64,000 bases of DNA from a virus (IMGVR_UViG_3300032272_000008:8928-72927), one strand, 5' to 3'. Numbered from the stretch's first letter, positions 17,184 through 27,201 are shown. Notes: generated by a model not told the origin, from the sequence alone. Made by a program: numbers and translations.

Positions 17184-20100
17184 GTTTGAAGTATACGGCA
17201 AGGTTGCCGACGATTTGTGGGCGCACCCGGTTGCGATCGGGATAGGGAACGGTGTCAAAGACAACATCGCGAGGGCCGCGAACGGCAACGTGGCCATGCT
17301 GCGACCGATGCTCAAGTATCGGTTCGGCGAGAAAGACGGCAAGTACATCACGCAGGCGACATTCCTCGACGACAAACGTTCGAAGAAGCTCGCGCAGCGG
17401 TGCTCGATCATGATGTTCGACCTGGACGCGGGGCAACCTCTGGATGAGATCCTGGACGCGACAGAGAAGGTGAACCTGTTCTCTTTTGTCTGGGCGACGT
17501 ACTCGCATCGCAAGACGGTGACGGCCATCGGCGTTGACAAACTGGCTGCGTGGATACGCAAGGACCGGCCAGAGCTGGAAGATGCGCCGCTGCCTGAGAA
17601 GTGTCGTGCTTATTTGTTGGGGGCCAAGACCCGGTACGTCGAAGACATCCTGCCCGGTGATCCAGGTAACGTGGATGGCGCACATGATGGCAAATGGTAT
17701 GTCGATCCGACGACACAGCTGCACGCTGAAGAAGGCGAAGCATATTTTGTTTCGCATCAGCCGGTGGCGAAGTACCGCGTCATGTTTGTGTTGGACAAGC
17801 CGTTCGAGTTCATGGGCGTGCCAGGGAAATCACACACCGATCGTGAGCGGGATTGGGCGACGGCCTATAAGAAGGTCGGGGACGATCTGGGCTTCAATTA
17901 CGACGCGGCGTGCTCTGATCCATCACGGCTCATGTACCTTCCGGCTGCTCCCAATGGGACGGTGTTGGAAGAAGGTGGTCATGAAGTGTTCGCTGCCGGT
18001 GGTGGCTTGCTTTCGTTGGACGGTGTGGTTGAGACTGCTGACGCTGAAGAGGCCGAGGTTGATTCTGTGATGGGTGCCTTTACTGGGTACGCTGAAGAGT
18101 CCGGTGTGGCCGAGACCGGCGCGCGGTTCGAGCCTAAGACGCCTGGGCTGTTCCAATTCCTCAAAGAGGTTGGGCACGAGTTCGACATCATTGGCTGGCT
18201 GATCGATGTCATGCCGGAAGACGAGATCCGCAACGGCGGAATGGAAGATGACCTGATCGAGGTGACGTGTCCAAACGAGCTGCACCACACTGGCGGCAGA
18301 CGTGACGACGACTCGCCTATGTTCGCACGCTTCTCTGATGAGCACGGCTGGTGGCTGGGCTGTCGCACGGATGGCTGCACGCATGAGTTCGATGGCGACA
18401 AGGCCCGCGCACTGGATTGCTTTATCCAAGGCTGGAAGAATGCACCGCCGACTGGTGAGGCGTTGGATCTGGTGCCGACCGACTGCATGGTTGACCTGAT
18501 CAAGAAAGAATGGTGTCCCGAGGCCTGGGCGCGACGGAATCCTGAAGAGGTAAAAGAAGCGGCAGAAACAGACGTACCAAAACTGAAAGTGCCCTTGACG
18601 TCTGCTGAGTTGCAGGTGAAGGCGCTTGCGATGGTTGAAGAGATGCCAGAAGAGGCGGACATCGGCAAGCAGTCCGACATCCTGGTCTGGCCTGCAAAGA
18701 CCGATGACGAGGTGGTTCACGCCATGGTGATCGATGCGATTCTGGAGAAGACCGGCAAGCGCAACAAGACAGCGCTGGTCGGTATCTTGAAAGGGTATCG
18801 GAAGCATGAAGTGAAAGCAGAGAAGCGTCGCGCGATCGATGAGAAAGCGGCAAAAAGAGCGGCAACGGGCGACGTGAAAGTGGACAAAATCGTCTACAAC
18901 GACATGCCTTGGCGTGAGCAGTTGGCTGTGTCTCGGAAGCGTCTGATCTATTTCAATCAGGCTGACCCACGTCTGTTCCAATGGATCGGGGCGGCTGAAT
19001 TGTATCGTCTACGCTTGCCGAATGAAACGAACGATGTTGAAGAACGGAAATCTCATCACATGGATCGAATTGAGGTCCCGCAGATGAGCAACCTGTTGAC
19101 AGATGCCGGTCTCGACTACGTGCGCATCAGTGAGAAGACAGAGCAGCATGTCTCGCCGTTCAATGACGTGACACGATCCCTTGCGGCAGACACGACCTTC
19201 ACTCAACAGTTTCCGGTGCTCGATAACATCGTGCATGTTCCGGTGTTTGGGAAGGACGGTGTGCTCATCACAGAGAAGGGGTACTCCGAAGGTAGCCGCA
19301 CGTATCTGGTTCCCGACCTCGACTTCATTCCGCTGGACGTGGATGCGGTCGATCAGGCGAAGGCCGACGAGGCGCTGGCTTTCCTGTTCGAGAACGCCTT
19401 GCGTGACTTTCCGTTCTCCGACAGTTTCAGTGGTGACGACGGTGTACCGATCTATCTCAAAGAGATGGAAGAGTATGTCGATGTCGATGGTGTTGATTGC
19501 TCATTGCCGAAGCCGAATTTAGAAAGGGGTGCATCTTCTCGCACACATGCGGTGGCCATGCTGTTGCAAGCATTCGTGCGCCCGATCATTGGTGCGAATG
19601 CCACGCCGCTGTTCCACATTGATAAGCCGGGACCGGCGTCGGGCGCAGGCTTCTTGGCGAACGTTCTCGGGTATATCTTGACGGGACGGCCAGCACCTGC
19701 TGGTACGCTGCCAGGGAATGAAGATGAGGTCAACAAGACCCTTATGACGTATCTAATGCATGGTCGCCCGATTGTGTTTTTCGACAACATCGCGACCACC
19801 ATGAAAGTAGATAGTGCATCGTTGGCGTCGGCATTGACAGACTCATCGTACAATGGCCGCGCGTTGGGTGGCAACCAAATGGTCGACGCGGATGTCAGGA
19901 ACATTTGGTTGTCGGCAGGGAACAACACACAATTTTCAGGGGAGATGGTGCGCCGCATCGTGCCGATCAAACTCGACTCCCGCGAAGAGAATCCAGAGCA
20001 ACGCTCTGGCACGTTCAAGCACAACGACCTTCCTGCGCACATGGTAGCCGAGCGTGATCGTTATGTGTTCGCTTGTCATGTGCTGATCGCGTGGTGGGTG

Positions 20101-20601
20101 AAGTGTGGAATGAAGGACTGGAAGCACACGAAGAAGAAGAAGCTGACGTCCTTTGATAGGTTCTCTGCGGTGATCGGAGGCATACTCGACTGTTGTGGTC
20201 TGGGCGAGCACTTCCTGGCAAACATTGCTGGCTTCGTCGAAGACAAATCTACTGACCGTGATGATGAGCTGGGTCTGTTGGATGCACTTGCGGACACGTA
20301 CGTTCTTGGTGAGGGCTGGACGAACGACAACGTGTTCCAGAATGCAATCTGGGTGAAGCAAGATCCGTACGACACAGAGACGATGGGAATGGCTCCACAG
20401 ATGCGTGTGTCGCTGCGCGGAATGACAGACGATTCCAAGAAGCGAGACCTCAAAAAACAGATCCTAGCGCTGAAAGGCCAGACGCGAACAGTCACTTTAA
20501 TGGACGGAAGAGAGACGCAAGTGCAGATCGTGCAAACACATGAAGGCAAAAAGGGGCGCGGAAACATGGCGCAATTCTGTCTGCGAGAGGTGGTGAAATA
20601 A
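17173..20601 (+). CDS. Primase-polymerase (AEP-like) fused to Zn-binding and P-loop/helicase-like domains
   Basis: MFDLD, ATYSH, KYRVMFVL, DAACSDPSRLMYLP; CPNELHH...CRTDGC; C-terminal IVFFDN, RRIVPIKL. Confidence 0.8.
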   Translation: MTTEFEVYGKVADDLWAHPVAIGIGNGVKDNIARAANGNVAMLRPMLKYRFGEKDGKYITQATFLDDKRSKKLAQRCSIMMFDLDAGQPLDEILDATEKVNLFSFVWATYSHRKTVTAIGVDKLAAWIRKDRPELEDAPLPEKCRAYLLGAKTRYVEDILPGDPGNVDGAHDGKWYVDPTTQLHAEEGEAYFVSHQPVAKYRVMFVLDKPFEFMGVPGKSHTDRERDWATAYKKVGDDLGFNYDAACSDPSRLMYLPAAPNGTVLEEGGHEVFAAGGGLLSLDGVVETADAEEAEVDSVMGAFTGYAEESGVAETGARFEPKTPGLFQFLKEVGHEFDIIGWLIDVMPEDEIRNGGMEDDLIEVTCPNELHHTGGRRDDDSPMFARFSDEHGWWLGCRTDGCTHEFDGDKARALDCFIQGWKNAPPTGEALDLVPTDCMVDLIKKEWCPEAWARRNPEEVKEAAETDVPKLKVPLTSAELQVKALAMVEEMPEEADIGKQSDILVWPAKTDDEVVHAMVIDAILEKTGKRNKTALVGILKGYRKHEVKAEKRRAIDEKAAKRAATGDVKVDKIVYNDMPWREQLAVSRKRLIYFNQADPRLFQWIGAAELYRLRLPNETNDVEERKSHHMDRIEVPQMSNLLTDAGLDYVRISEKTEQHVSPFNDVTRSLAADTTFTQQFPVLDNIVHVPVFGKDGVLITEKGYSEGSRTYLVPDLDFIPLDVDAVDQAKADEALAFLFENALRDFPFSDSFSGDDGVPIYLKEMEEYVDVDGVDCSLPKPNLERGASSRTHAVAMLLQAFVRPIIGANATPLFHIDKPGPASGAGFLANVLGYILTGRPAPAGTLPGNEDEVNKTLMTYLMHGRPIVFFDNIATTMKVDSASLASALTDSSYNGRALGGNQMVDADVRNIWLSAGNNTQFSGEMVRRIVPIKLDSREENPEQRSGTFKHNDLPAHMVAERDRYVFACHVLIAWWVKCGMKDWKHTKKKKLTSFDRFSAVIGGILDCCGLGEHFLANIAGFVEDKSTDRDDELGLLDALADTYVLGEGWTNDNVFQNAIWVKQDPYDTETMGMAPQMRVSLRGMTDDSKKRDLKKQILALKGQTRTVTLMDGRETQVQIVQTHEGKKGRGNMAQFCLREVVK

Positions 20602-20699
20602 TAGGAGGTGTGCGTCCTAATCCTGAGTTGAGCCAATTGGGGGGAAATGTTCACGCATTTTTCCCTTTTTACGTATTTACGGGCGGAGCCGCGTTGAAC

Positions 20700-21020
20700 C
20701 GTCCACCATAGAATTGTTTATAGATTACAGTACATTAGGGGAGTAATAGAACTACAAATAGTAAAATAAATAAAATAAACTACTATTAGACTCTACAGGA
20801 GAGAGAGTAAAAAAATAAAAGTATTGTAGTAGTGAAATGTTTTTTTTTTTTCTTCTCTCTATAGTAGAGGGAGGAACACGTTTATTTTCATTTAATTTCT
20901 GTTAACCACACCGTCCTCTACTTGTTGCTCCGCAACGCGGTGTCAGCTATACGGTGTCTCAAGCAAAGAGACGGTGTCTCCTTCGCGGGACGGTGTCAGC
21001 AATTTATGAGACGGTGTAAT
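20700..21020. other. Putative replication origin: AT-rich tract plus phased ACGGTGT iterons
   Basis: Very AT-rich 20700-20900; ACGGTGT at 20951, 20971, 20990, 21011, variant at 20937 and an inverted copy at 20908; directly downstream of the primase. Confidence 0.6.
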
Positions 21021-21034
21021 CAAAAGGAAAACAG

Positions 21035-21190
21035 ATGGCGTTGCCCCAGACAAAAGAAGAACTTGAGCGGATGTGCAAGAAGATCGCGGCGGAAGGCAAA
21101 ACCTTCACCACGGAAGACGGCAAGCGTGTGAGGCTGGTTCGCACACCGGGCACCCCGGATAGCTACCAACTTGTTCCCGTCGACAACTAG
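21035..21190 (+). CDS. Small hypothetical protein (51 aa)
   Basis: AAGGA RBS; MALPQTKEELERMCKKIAAEGKTF... Confidence 0.6.
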   Translation: MALPQTKEELERMCKKIAAEGKTFTTEDGKRVRLVRTPGTPDSYQLVPVDN

Positions 21191-21212
21191 ATCAACCGAA
21201 AGGAAAATTCAA

Positions 21213-21848
21213 ATGACCATGACCTCCAAGCAGATTCATAGAGAACTCAGTGAACAGATCAATAACAGATATTTGTACGAGCACGTCAAGGAAGCGTTCG
21301 CGGACCTGACTGAGTACATGATGGCCGAGAAGGCCAACAAGTTCATTGAAAAGCTCGCGATCCAGATGCGGACACAAGGATGGATCTCCGCCAAGCAGTT
21401 GGTCGCTGCGGCCCGCACCTGGAAGGATCATCTCGAACACCTTGAAAAAGAGAAGACCACTCCCTTCCCTTTCCGCGTCAACGCCAGCCCAGTAGCTCTG
21501 ATGTTCACCCGCGCCGCACAAGGTGGCGTTGAGAACCGGTTATTCGAGGCCGCTCCATGGACAGTCATCCCTGGCAAAGTCAACGACGACCTGTTGGTGT
21601 TTCATTCAGGGCACGGACACGTTGGTGCAATTATAGGGGGCATCTTCCATGGTAACGAGAAGTTGCCTGCCGTCATGCAGCAGCCTCTGGTTGAATTCCT
21701 TCGACGCCCTTCAGAGCACGCAAAAATGCATGGGGTCAAGACCGGGCGGTGCTCGTGCTGCCGAAGGAAGCTGACGGACCCTATTTCTGTCGAGAACGGG
21801 ATCGGACCGGTTTGCGGGAGGCGCTGGTTCCCTTCCTCTTCCTCCTAG
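21213..21848 (+). CDS. Protein with C-terminal DUF6011-like Zn ribbon
   Basis: GRCSCCRRKLTDPISVENGIGPVC. Confidence 0.75.
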   Translation: MTMTSKQIHRELSEQINNRYLYEHVKEAFADLTEYMMAEKANKFIEKLAIQMRTQGWISAKQLVAAARTWKDHLEHLEKEKTTPFPFRVNASPVALMFTRAAQGGVENRLFEAAPWTVIPGKVNDDLLVFHSGHGHVGAIIGGIFHGNEKLPAVMQQPLVEFLRRPSEHAKMHGVKTGRCSCCRRKLTDPISVENGIGPVCGRRWFPSSSS

Positions 21849-22380
21849 ATCGAGCAGGAGAGGGTGCAGCAGGTTTAAAACGCATGTTACCGGCACCCTC
21901 ACCAGCAGTTCGGCTCAGAAGGCCCCACAGGGCGATTAAAGCGGCTTCATGCTTTCCCTCATTCGTCATCTCAGTGTGTGCGTCCGGGAAAAGCGCTTGA
22001 GCGACACGCCGCGTCTGCCATTTGTCGGAGGTGCAACCCATCTCCTGCTTCCAACGTGAAGGAGATATGAAATGAAGAGGCACATTACGGCGACGGATGA
22101 GCGCAGTGAGCGCACCCTTGTTCTGTCCGAAGGTGAAGGCCCCTACATGGCCGTCGCTCGCCATGCTGAAGACGTCTTCGAAATGTACTTCGCAGGGCAC
22201 TTCTCCGACCCGAAGCTCATCAAGTATGTTGTCAAACTCTACCGCATGCACGACGTTCTTTACCGTCGTCGCATGTTCCTCGACCAAAATGGGGAGGTTA
22301 TAGGCAGCCATAGTACCCAAGTCTAAATCAAGCGCGACCAGTGCACCCTTTGTTCCTGGATCGATACCGATGTGAAGCAT
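21781..22380 (-). CDS. RuvC-like Holliday junction resolvase
   Basis: HIGIDPG, VHFEDV, FTFGQNKG, PSRWKQ, HEAALIA. Confidence 0.85.
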   Translation of the reverse strand: MLHIGIDPGTKGALVALDLDLGTMAAYNLPILVEEHATTVKNVVHAVEFDNILDELRVGEVPCEVHFEDVFSMASDGHVGAFTFGQNKGALTALIRRRNVPLHFISPSRWKQEMGCTSDKWQTRRVAQALFPDAHTEMTNEGKHEAALIALWGLLSRTAGEGAGNMRFKPAAPSPARSRRKRKGTSASRKPVRSRSRQK

Positions 22381-22392
22381 TGTTAACCCTCC

Positions 22393-22421
22393 TTGACAAA
22401 ATGCATATAAAAGTATATAGG
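22393..22421 (+). promoter_or_regulatory. Sigma70-like promoter for the terminase operon
   Basis: TTGACA at 22393 followed by a TATATAGG -10-like element. Confidence 0.55.
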
Positions 22422-22454
22422 TCCTACCTGGATTTAACAATAGGGTAGCCTACC

Positions 22455-23159
22455 GTGGGAAAAGCACGCCTGAAGAAGCCTGAGAGAACTCCTGTCCGCA
22501 ATATGTCGTCGCCGGTCCCGATCACTGGCTCGATACCGCTGTCCAACGTCAGGTACGAAGCGTTCGTGCTCGCACGCAGTAAGGGGCTGTCCCAAAAAGC
22601 AGCAGCAAGTGTCGCCGGGTACTCAAAAGCCACCGCATCACAGACAGGCAGCCGTTTGGAAACAAAAGTTCCAGCAGTAAAAGAACGCTTGGCATTTCTC
22701 AAGGGCCAAGTTGACGTCATGGATATGACCCTGGAGCAAGCGCGCCAAGAGATGATCGAAATGGGGGGTCCTGATCTTGTCGACGGGATAACAGCGAAAT
22801 GGCTCTGTTTGGAATTCTTCAAGAACGCCGTCGAGGCACGAGCACATCGTCAGTACAAGGAGGCAAACCACGCTCTTGTGTACATCGCGAAGCTCAACAA
22901 GAAGATGCCTTCCGACATTCCCTTCCCACCAGGATCACCACATCCAATTGAGCACGCAGAAATATCAGTATCAAGGGCACTAACCCATGGCGAAGATAAC
23001 GCTACAGAGACGCGAGCAATTCAGGGGAGCTTTGAAGACCCTGCGGGAGTGGGAGACTCTCCTGAGTCTGAGCCTGAGACGACGGAAGCCTTTGAGTTTG
23101 TCTCACCAAACGACATTGGAGAGGATGACGAAGACGGGGGACGCGGCACGCCAGCTTGA
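22455..23159 (+). CDS. terS: Terminase small subunit
   Basis: HTH pattern FVLARSKGLSQKAAASVAGYSKATASQTGSRL; immediately upstream of TerL. Confidence 0.75.
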   Translation: MGKARLKKPERTPVRNMSSPVPITGSIPLSNVRYEAFVLARSKGLSQKAAASVAGYSKATASQTGSRLETKVPAVKERLAFLKGQVDVMDMTLEQARQEMIEMGGPDLVDGITAKWLCLEFFKNAVEARAHRQYKEANHALVYIAKLNKKMPSDIPFPPGSPHPIEHAEISVSRALTHGEDNATETRAIQGSFEDPAGVGDSPESEPETTEAFEFVSPNDIGEDDEDGGRGTPA

Positions 23160-24678
23160 TGCGCTTGAATATCGCATCGAGACGATGGAGCAGGACTACT
23201 ATGGCCAGCTTGCAGACAGTGCCCACGACAGCCTGAGTTGCTACACCGAATTCATGACGCCGGATGAACCGCCAGCGAGCCATCACGAATTCATGTGTGA
23301 CCACCTTGAAGCTGTGGAAAGACGGGACGTGCTTCGCTCCACGATGAGTTGTCCACCCGGGCACGCCAAGACGAAGTTCTTCTCGCGCATGTTTGCGTCG
23401 TGGTATCTCGGACGAAATCCCAAAGACAAATTTTTAGCAGGGGGGCACTCTCAGTCATTCGCAGAGAATGAGCTGGGCAAACCTGTACGCGAACTGATTC
23501 TTGAAGAGAAGTTCAACGTCGTATTCCCCAACGTCACACTCAATCCGAAGTGGAAGGCCGCAGGCAACTGGCGTCTCAACAACAACCGAGGCGGGTATGT
23601 CTGCAAAGGCGTAGGCCAGGGCATCGCTGGCTTCCGTGGCAACTGCGGCGTGATCGATGATCCATTCGGCTCACGTGAAGACGCGCAGTCTGCTCTCATG
23701 CGCTTGCGGGCAAAGAACTGGTTGTTCTCCGACTTCCGTCTCCGCCTGCTGCCAAACTCCCCGCTCATGATCGTCGCCACCAGATGGCACCAAGAAGATT
23801 TGATTGGGGTGGTAGAAGAACTGACAAAATTGGGGAAGGGCATACCTTGGGAGATCATCAACCTCAACGCGCTCATCGAGACCGAGCAGGAAATGATTGT
23901 CGATCCGCTTGGCCGCTCACTCATGGAGCCATTATGGCCCGACTTCTACACGATCGATGAGTTGATCGAGATCCGTGACACGTCTGCACAAACAGATTGG
24001 TGGGCATTGTACAAAGGCAAACCTCGCAACGCTGAAGGCAACGTGGTCAAGAGCAAATGGTTCCGTCGCTATGATGTCCTGCCGAGTAACTTGCCGGGAC
24101 CCGATGGAATTATACAAAGGGGTGTAAAGAAGGTCACAGTTTCCGTTGACTGTGCGAACAAAGCAACGACCCGATCGAACCCATCCGCCATCACGGTATG
24201 GGTGGAGGACATGCACAAGCGTCACTATCTTGCTGAAGTCATCGTTCGCAAGATGGAGTTCATCGATTTGGAAAAGGCCATCAATGACACCGCACGAAAG
24301 TGGGAGGCCACAACCATCATCGTCGAGGACGCGGGCAACGGCACAACGTACATCGAGAAGAACAGAGGCTACGCTCCTGCTCCAATCATCGCGATCCCGA
24401 CCGGCAACAAGTCTAAAGAGTGGAGATTCGACGCCGTCACGCCTGCAATTGAGGGGGGTGAAGTCTTCATTCCAAGACAGGGGAGGGCTGACTGGCTTGA
24501 GCATTATTTGGATGAGCTGCTGACATTCCCAGCGGCAGCCAACGATGACCAAGTGGATAGCACCTCTCAGTATTTGTCCTGGGCACGATCTAACAACGTG
24601 TACGGAACCAGGAAGCTGAAAGGCACCAACCAGAAGGGGCGAGGTGGCAAACGCAAAGGTGCTCGCCGAGTAAGGTAG
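23125..24678 (+). CDS. terL: Terminase large subunit (start ATG 23125 after GGAGAGG)
   Basis: PPGHAKT, GVIDDP, ATRWHQEDL, VSVDCA, IIVED, NDDQVDS. Confidence 0.95.
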   Translation: MTKTGDAARQLDALEYRIETMEQDYYGQLADSAHDSLSCYTEFMTPDEPPASHHEFMCDHLEAVERRDVLRSTMSCPPGHAKTKFFSRMFASWYLGRNPKDKFLAGGHSQSFAENELGKPVRELILEEKFNVVFPNVTLNPKWKAAGNWRLNNNRGGYVCKGVGQGIAGFRGNCGVIDDPFGSREDAQSALMRLRAKNWLFSDFRLRLLPNSPLMIVATRWHQEDLIGVVEELTKLGKGIPWEIINLNALIETEQEMIVDPLGRSLMEPLWPDFYTIDELIEIRDTSAQTDWWALYKGKPRNAEGNVVKSKWFRRYDVLPSNLPGPDGIIQRGVKKVTVSVDCANKATTRSNPSAITVWVEDMHKRHYLAEVIVRKMEFIDLEKAINDTARKWEATTIIVEDAGNGTTYIEKNRGYAPAPIIAIPTGNKSKEWRFDAVTPAIEGGEVFIPRQGRADWLEHYLDELLTFPAAANDDQVDSTSQYLSWARSNNVYGTRKLKGTNQKGRGGKRKGARRVR

Positions 24679-24745
24679 GGACCCTGGAAATTTAGATAAG
24701 GGGGACCCTGAAGATTTGAACAAGGCCCCCTTTTCTCCCAGAAAA

Positions 24746-25141
24746 TTACCCCTCGTCTAGGTATCTGTTGTAGCCGTCGAAGGGTGAAACGCCGAGTTCT
24801 TCTCGGAATTCTTTCTCAGCGTTCAAGACATTACGAGCAACATCTATGAACTTGGAAGGCCATTCAGTTACAAGCGGCATTGTCTCAAGCTCGTCATGCC
24901 ACACCAAATGGAACAGCTGATCTGCGCGCGGATCAACAGTGCTTATTTCTTCTGTGACGGCAAGGCCTTCTTCATCGTTGATACCGGCAAAGAGCATCAA
25001 ATATCCTGGGTCATCTGACCAGCGTCCCTGCTGAATGCGGATCTTCGCGCTCCACGGTAAAACTGCCATGTAGTAATCACCGTCGAGTTGGTTGATCAGA
25101 TATCTGAATGTGTGGCGCTTGGCCAAGAGAACAGCAGACAT
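24746..25141 (-). CDS. Hypothetical protein
   Basis: AAGGA RBS; lone ORF divergent from the early block. Confidence 0.7.
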   Translation of the reverse strand: MSAVLLAKRHTFRYLINQLDGDYYMAVLPWSAKIRIQQGRWSDDPGYLMLFAGINDEEGLAVTEEISTVDPRADQLFHLVWHDELETMPLVTEWPSKFIDVARNVLNAEKEFREELGVSPFDGYNRYLDEG

Positions 25142-25230
25142 ATAACTTCCTTTCAGTTGTTGAAGCTACTCTCTTACACGAGGCCTAAAGACCAATCAAC
25201 TTTTCCGGTTGAGCGCGGTTAATCAAAAAT

Positions 25231-25270
25231 TTTTATATCGAAAGGGCAAAAAAATTTTATATCGAAAGGG
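25231..25270. repeat. 16-bp direct repeat TTTTATATCGAAAGGG x2
   Basis: Copies at 25231-25246 and 25255-25270. Confidence 0.9.
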
Positions 25271-25304
25271 AAAAATAATTCGAGCGCCCTCGCACCAGAT
25301 CTGG

Positions 25305-25319
25305 TTAACAAGTGGTTAA
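25305..25319. promoter_or_regulatory. CtrA-type box TTAA-N7-TTAA
   Basis: TTAA CAAGTGG TTAA. Confidence 0.75.
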
Positions 25320-25386
25320 TTTCGTCCAATTTTGGCACACGCCATTAACCACTTTCCCAGGTTGCACATGCAAGATGGCAACATGG

Positions 25387-25402
25387 TTAAGAGGCCATTA
25401 AC
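25387..25402. promoter_or_regulatory. CtrA-type box TTAA-N7-TTAAC
   Basis: TTAA GAGGCCA TTAAC. Confidence 0.8.
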
Positions 25403-25656
25403 CTTATGCCACAGTTGCTGACGCAACCCGACAACATGGTTAAGCAGGCGTGAACGAATGCCAGTCCAAGTTGATCATGCAACTTAGATTCGCTGGTAAC
25501 TCATCGTGAACCATTTGAAAATACGTGCAACGGACTCATTTTTACGAACTACAAACAAGGTTAATCGTTAACCATTTGAGCACGAGGCGCTTGTGTCTCT
25601 CTTATCTCTTCTGTAAGTTGGGCAAATCGAAAGCGACCAACCCAAAGGAAAACGCA

Positions 25657-26517
25657 ATGCAATACCCCACATTAAAAGCCGATGCACTGGCCGCAAAGAA
25701 ACGCTTGAAAGCCAACGGGCACAAATTTGTCAGCCTGCTATCTAAGCCAACCGACAACCCAAAGCTGGCAAAATCTGCCAAACTTAACGTGCTTTCGTCA
25801 CCCCTACACTTGGCACCTGCTGAATTGTCCGGCTTTAATGTTTGCCCTATGTCAAGTGCCGGTTGTCGCGCGGCTTGCCTGCATACTGCCGGAAATCCCG
25901 CGTTTATGTCTGCCAAAGCATCAAGCCGAATTGACCGTACAAAAGCTTATTTCAATCATCGACCTGATTTCATGCTTGTTCTAGCATATGAGATTGCGAA
26001 ATTGGAAAAGACGGCACGCGCAACCGGAAAAATACCAGCTGTGCGTTTGAATGCAACGTCAGACATTCCGTGGGAGAATGTGCATGTGCAACTCGGACGC
26101 CATCGCTTCGCAAATTTGATGGAAATGTTTCCAGGTTGCACCTACTACGATTACACGAAGCGCTCGAACAGAAAGAAACTCCCCGTTAACTACAGTTTGA
26201 CGTTTTCACTTGCTGAAGATAATGACCGCAAGGCGATCGAAGCGCACAAAAACGGGATGAACATTGCAGCGGTATTTGACACCAAGCGCACAAAGGACTT
26301 GCCAGCGACCTATCAAATTGCTGGTACAACTATCGCTGTGATCGATGGGGATGAACACGACTATAGACCGGCAGACATCAAGGGCGTGATCGTAGGATTA
26401 AGGGCGAAGGGCGACGCACGAAAGGACACAAGCGGATTTGTTCGAAAGGTTGCGCCAGCAACTTTAATTGAGGCTGCTCAAGCAATGGGCAAACTAGAGA
26501 TTGTGACAGTTCGATGA
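25657..26517 (+). CDS. GP88-like phage protein (Cys-rich, radical-SAM-like fold suspected)
   Basis: LHLAPA...NVCPMSSAGCRAACLHTAGN, VRLNATSDI, YYDYTK; start after the CCAAAGGAAA leader. Confidence 0.75.
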   Translation: MQYPTLKADALAAKKRLKANGHKFVSLLSKPTDNPKLAKSAKLNVLSSPLHLAPAELSGFNVCPMSSAGCRAACLHTAGNPAFMSAKASSRIDRTKAYFNHRPDFMLVLAYEIAKLEKTARATGKIPAVRLNATSDIPWENVHVQLGRHRFANLMEMFPGCTYYDYTKRSNRKKLPVNYSLTFSLAEDNDRKAIEAHKNGMNIAAVFDTKRTKDLPATYQIAGTTIAVIDGDEHDYRPADIKGVIVGLRAKGDARKDTSGFVRKVAPATLIEAAQAMGKLEIVTVR

Positions 26518-26717
26518 GTACCTACAACTCTGCCAAAGGGCACGACTATCAGCCTGGGGATGTGGTAGAAGCAACCTATACAAGGCATGTTGAAAGCCTG
26601 CTAAAGATGGGCAAACTTTACACCGTCACGCATACCGATGGCGGGATGTTTAACCGCTTGATCGTTTTGGATGGCGTCAAAGGTGAATTTGAGCCTTATC
26701 GGTTCAGGAAAGGTTAA
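26514..26717 (+). CDS. Small hypothetical protein (SH3-like)
   Basis: ATGA overlap with the upstream gene. Confidence 0.65.
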   Translation: MSTYNSAKGHDYQPGDVVEATYTRHVESLLKMGKLYTVTHTDGGMFNRLIVLDGVKGEFEPYRFRKG

Positions 26718-26719
26718 CC

Positions 26720-26884
26720 ATGCGCGAAATCACTTACAAGCTGTTTTGCGCTACAGGTTGTTTGCGCAACTCAAACCATTCAACGCGCTGGAATGAACGC
26801 GACAAGCGTATGACGTACTGGACAAAAGCGCAGGGCGTTGTGTTGTATCAAAATGATACGCCCGCCGGACCAATCAAGGATTGA
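26720..26884 (+). CDS. Micro-protein (54 aa)
   Basis: GAAAGG RBS; MREITYKLFCATGCLRNSNHSTRW... Confidence 0.55.
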   Translation: MREITYKLFCATGCLRNSNHSTRWNERDKRMTYWTKAQGVVLYQNDTPAGPIKD

Positions 26885-26966
26885 TTAACCACGAAACAAC
26901 GCGGGGCTTTCAATCTGTCCCGCGTCCTGTATATTGGACAAATCAGAAGCGACCAAAGGAAACACC

Positions 26967-27140
26967 ATGCAACCCACCACTGGCCTGATTTACGTTGTAA
27001 TCGCATTCGGCATTGCCGTTGTGCTCATGACAACGCCCGCGCCAGCACTTGGAAACAAGCCGCAACTAGGCGACATGTGTTTCTATTATGACGAAGTAGC
27101 AGACGAAAAATATGTTGAGACCTGTGATTATTTTAACTAG
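26967..27140 (+). CDS. Small membrane/secreted protein
   Basis: CCAAAGGAAA leader; hydrophobic N-terminus. Confidence 0.65.
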   Translation: MQPTTGLIYVVIAFGIAVVLMTTPAPALGNKPQLGDMCFYYDEVADEKYVETCDYFN

Positions 27141-27148
27141 GCCTTAAC
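27133..27148. promoter_or_regulatory. CtrA-type box TTAA-N7-TTAAC
   Basis: TTAA CTAGGCC TTAAC at a gene boundary. Confidence 0.8.
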
Positions 27149-27201
27149 ACTTCTCAGCCAAAATACCCCTATCGACCAACCAACCCAAAGGAATCAAACA
27201 A

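Noticed and set aside
20892-20906. TTAA-N6-TTAAC near the putative origin
   Set aside because: Spacing is 6 rather than 7 in an AT-rich tract; at best a half-site.
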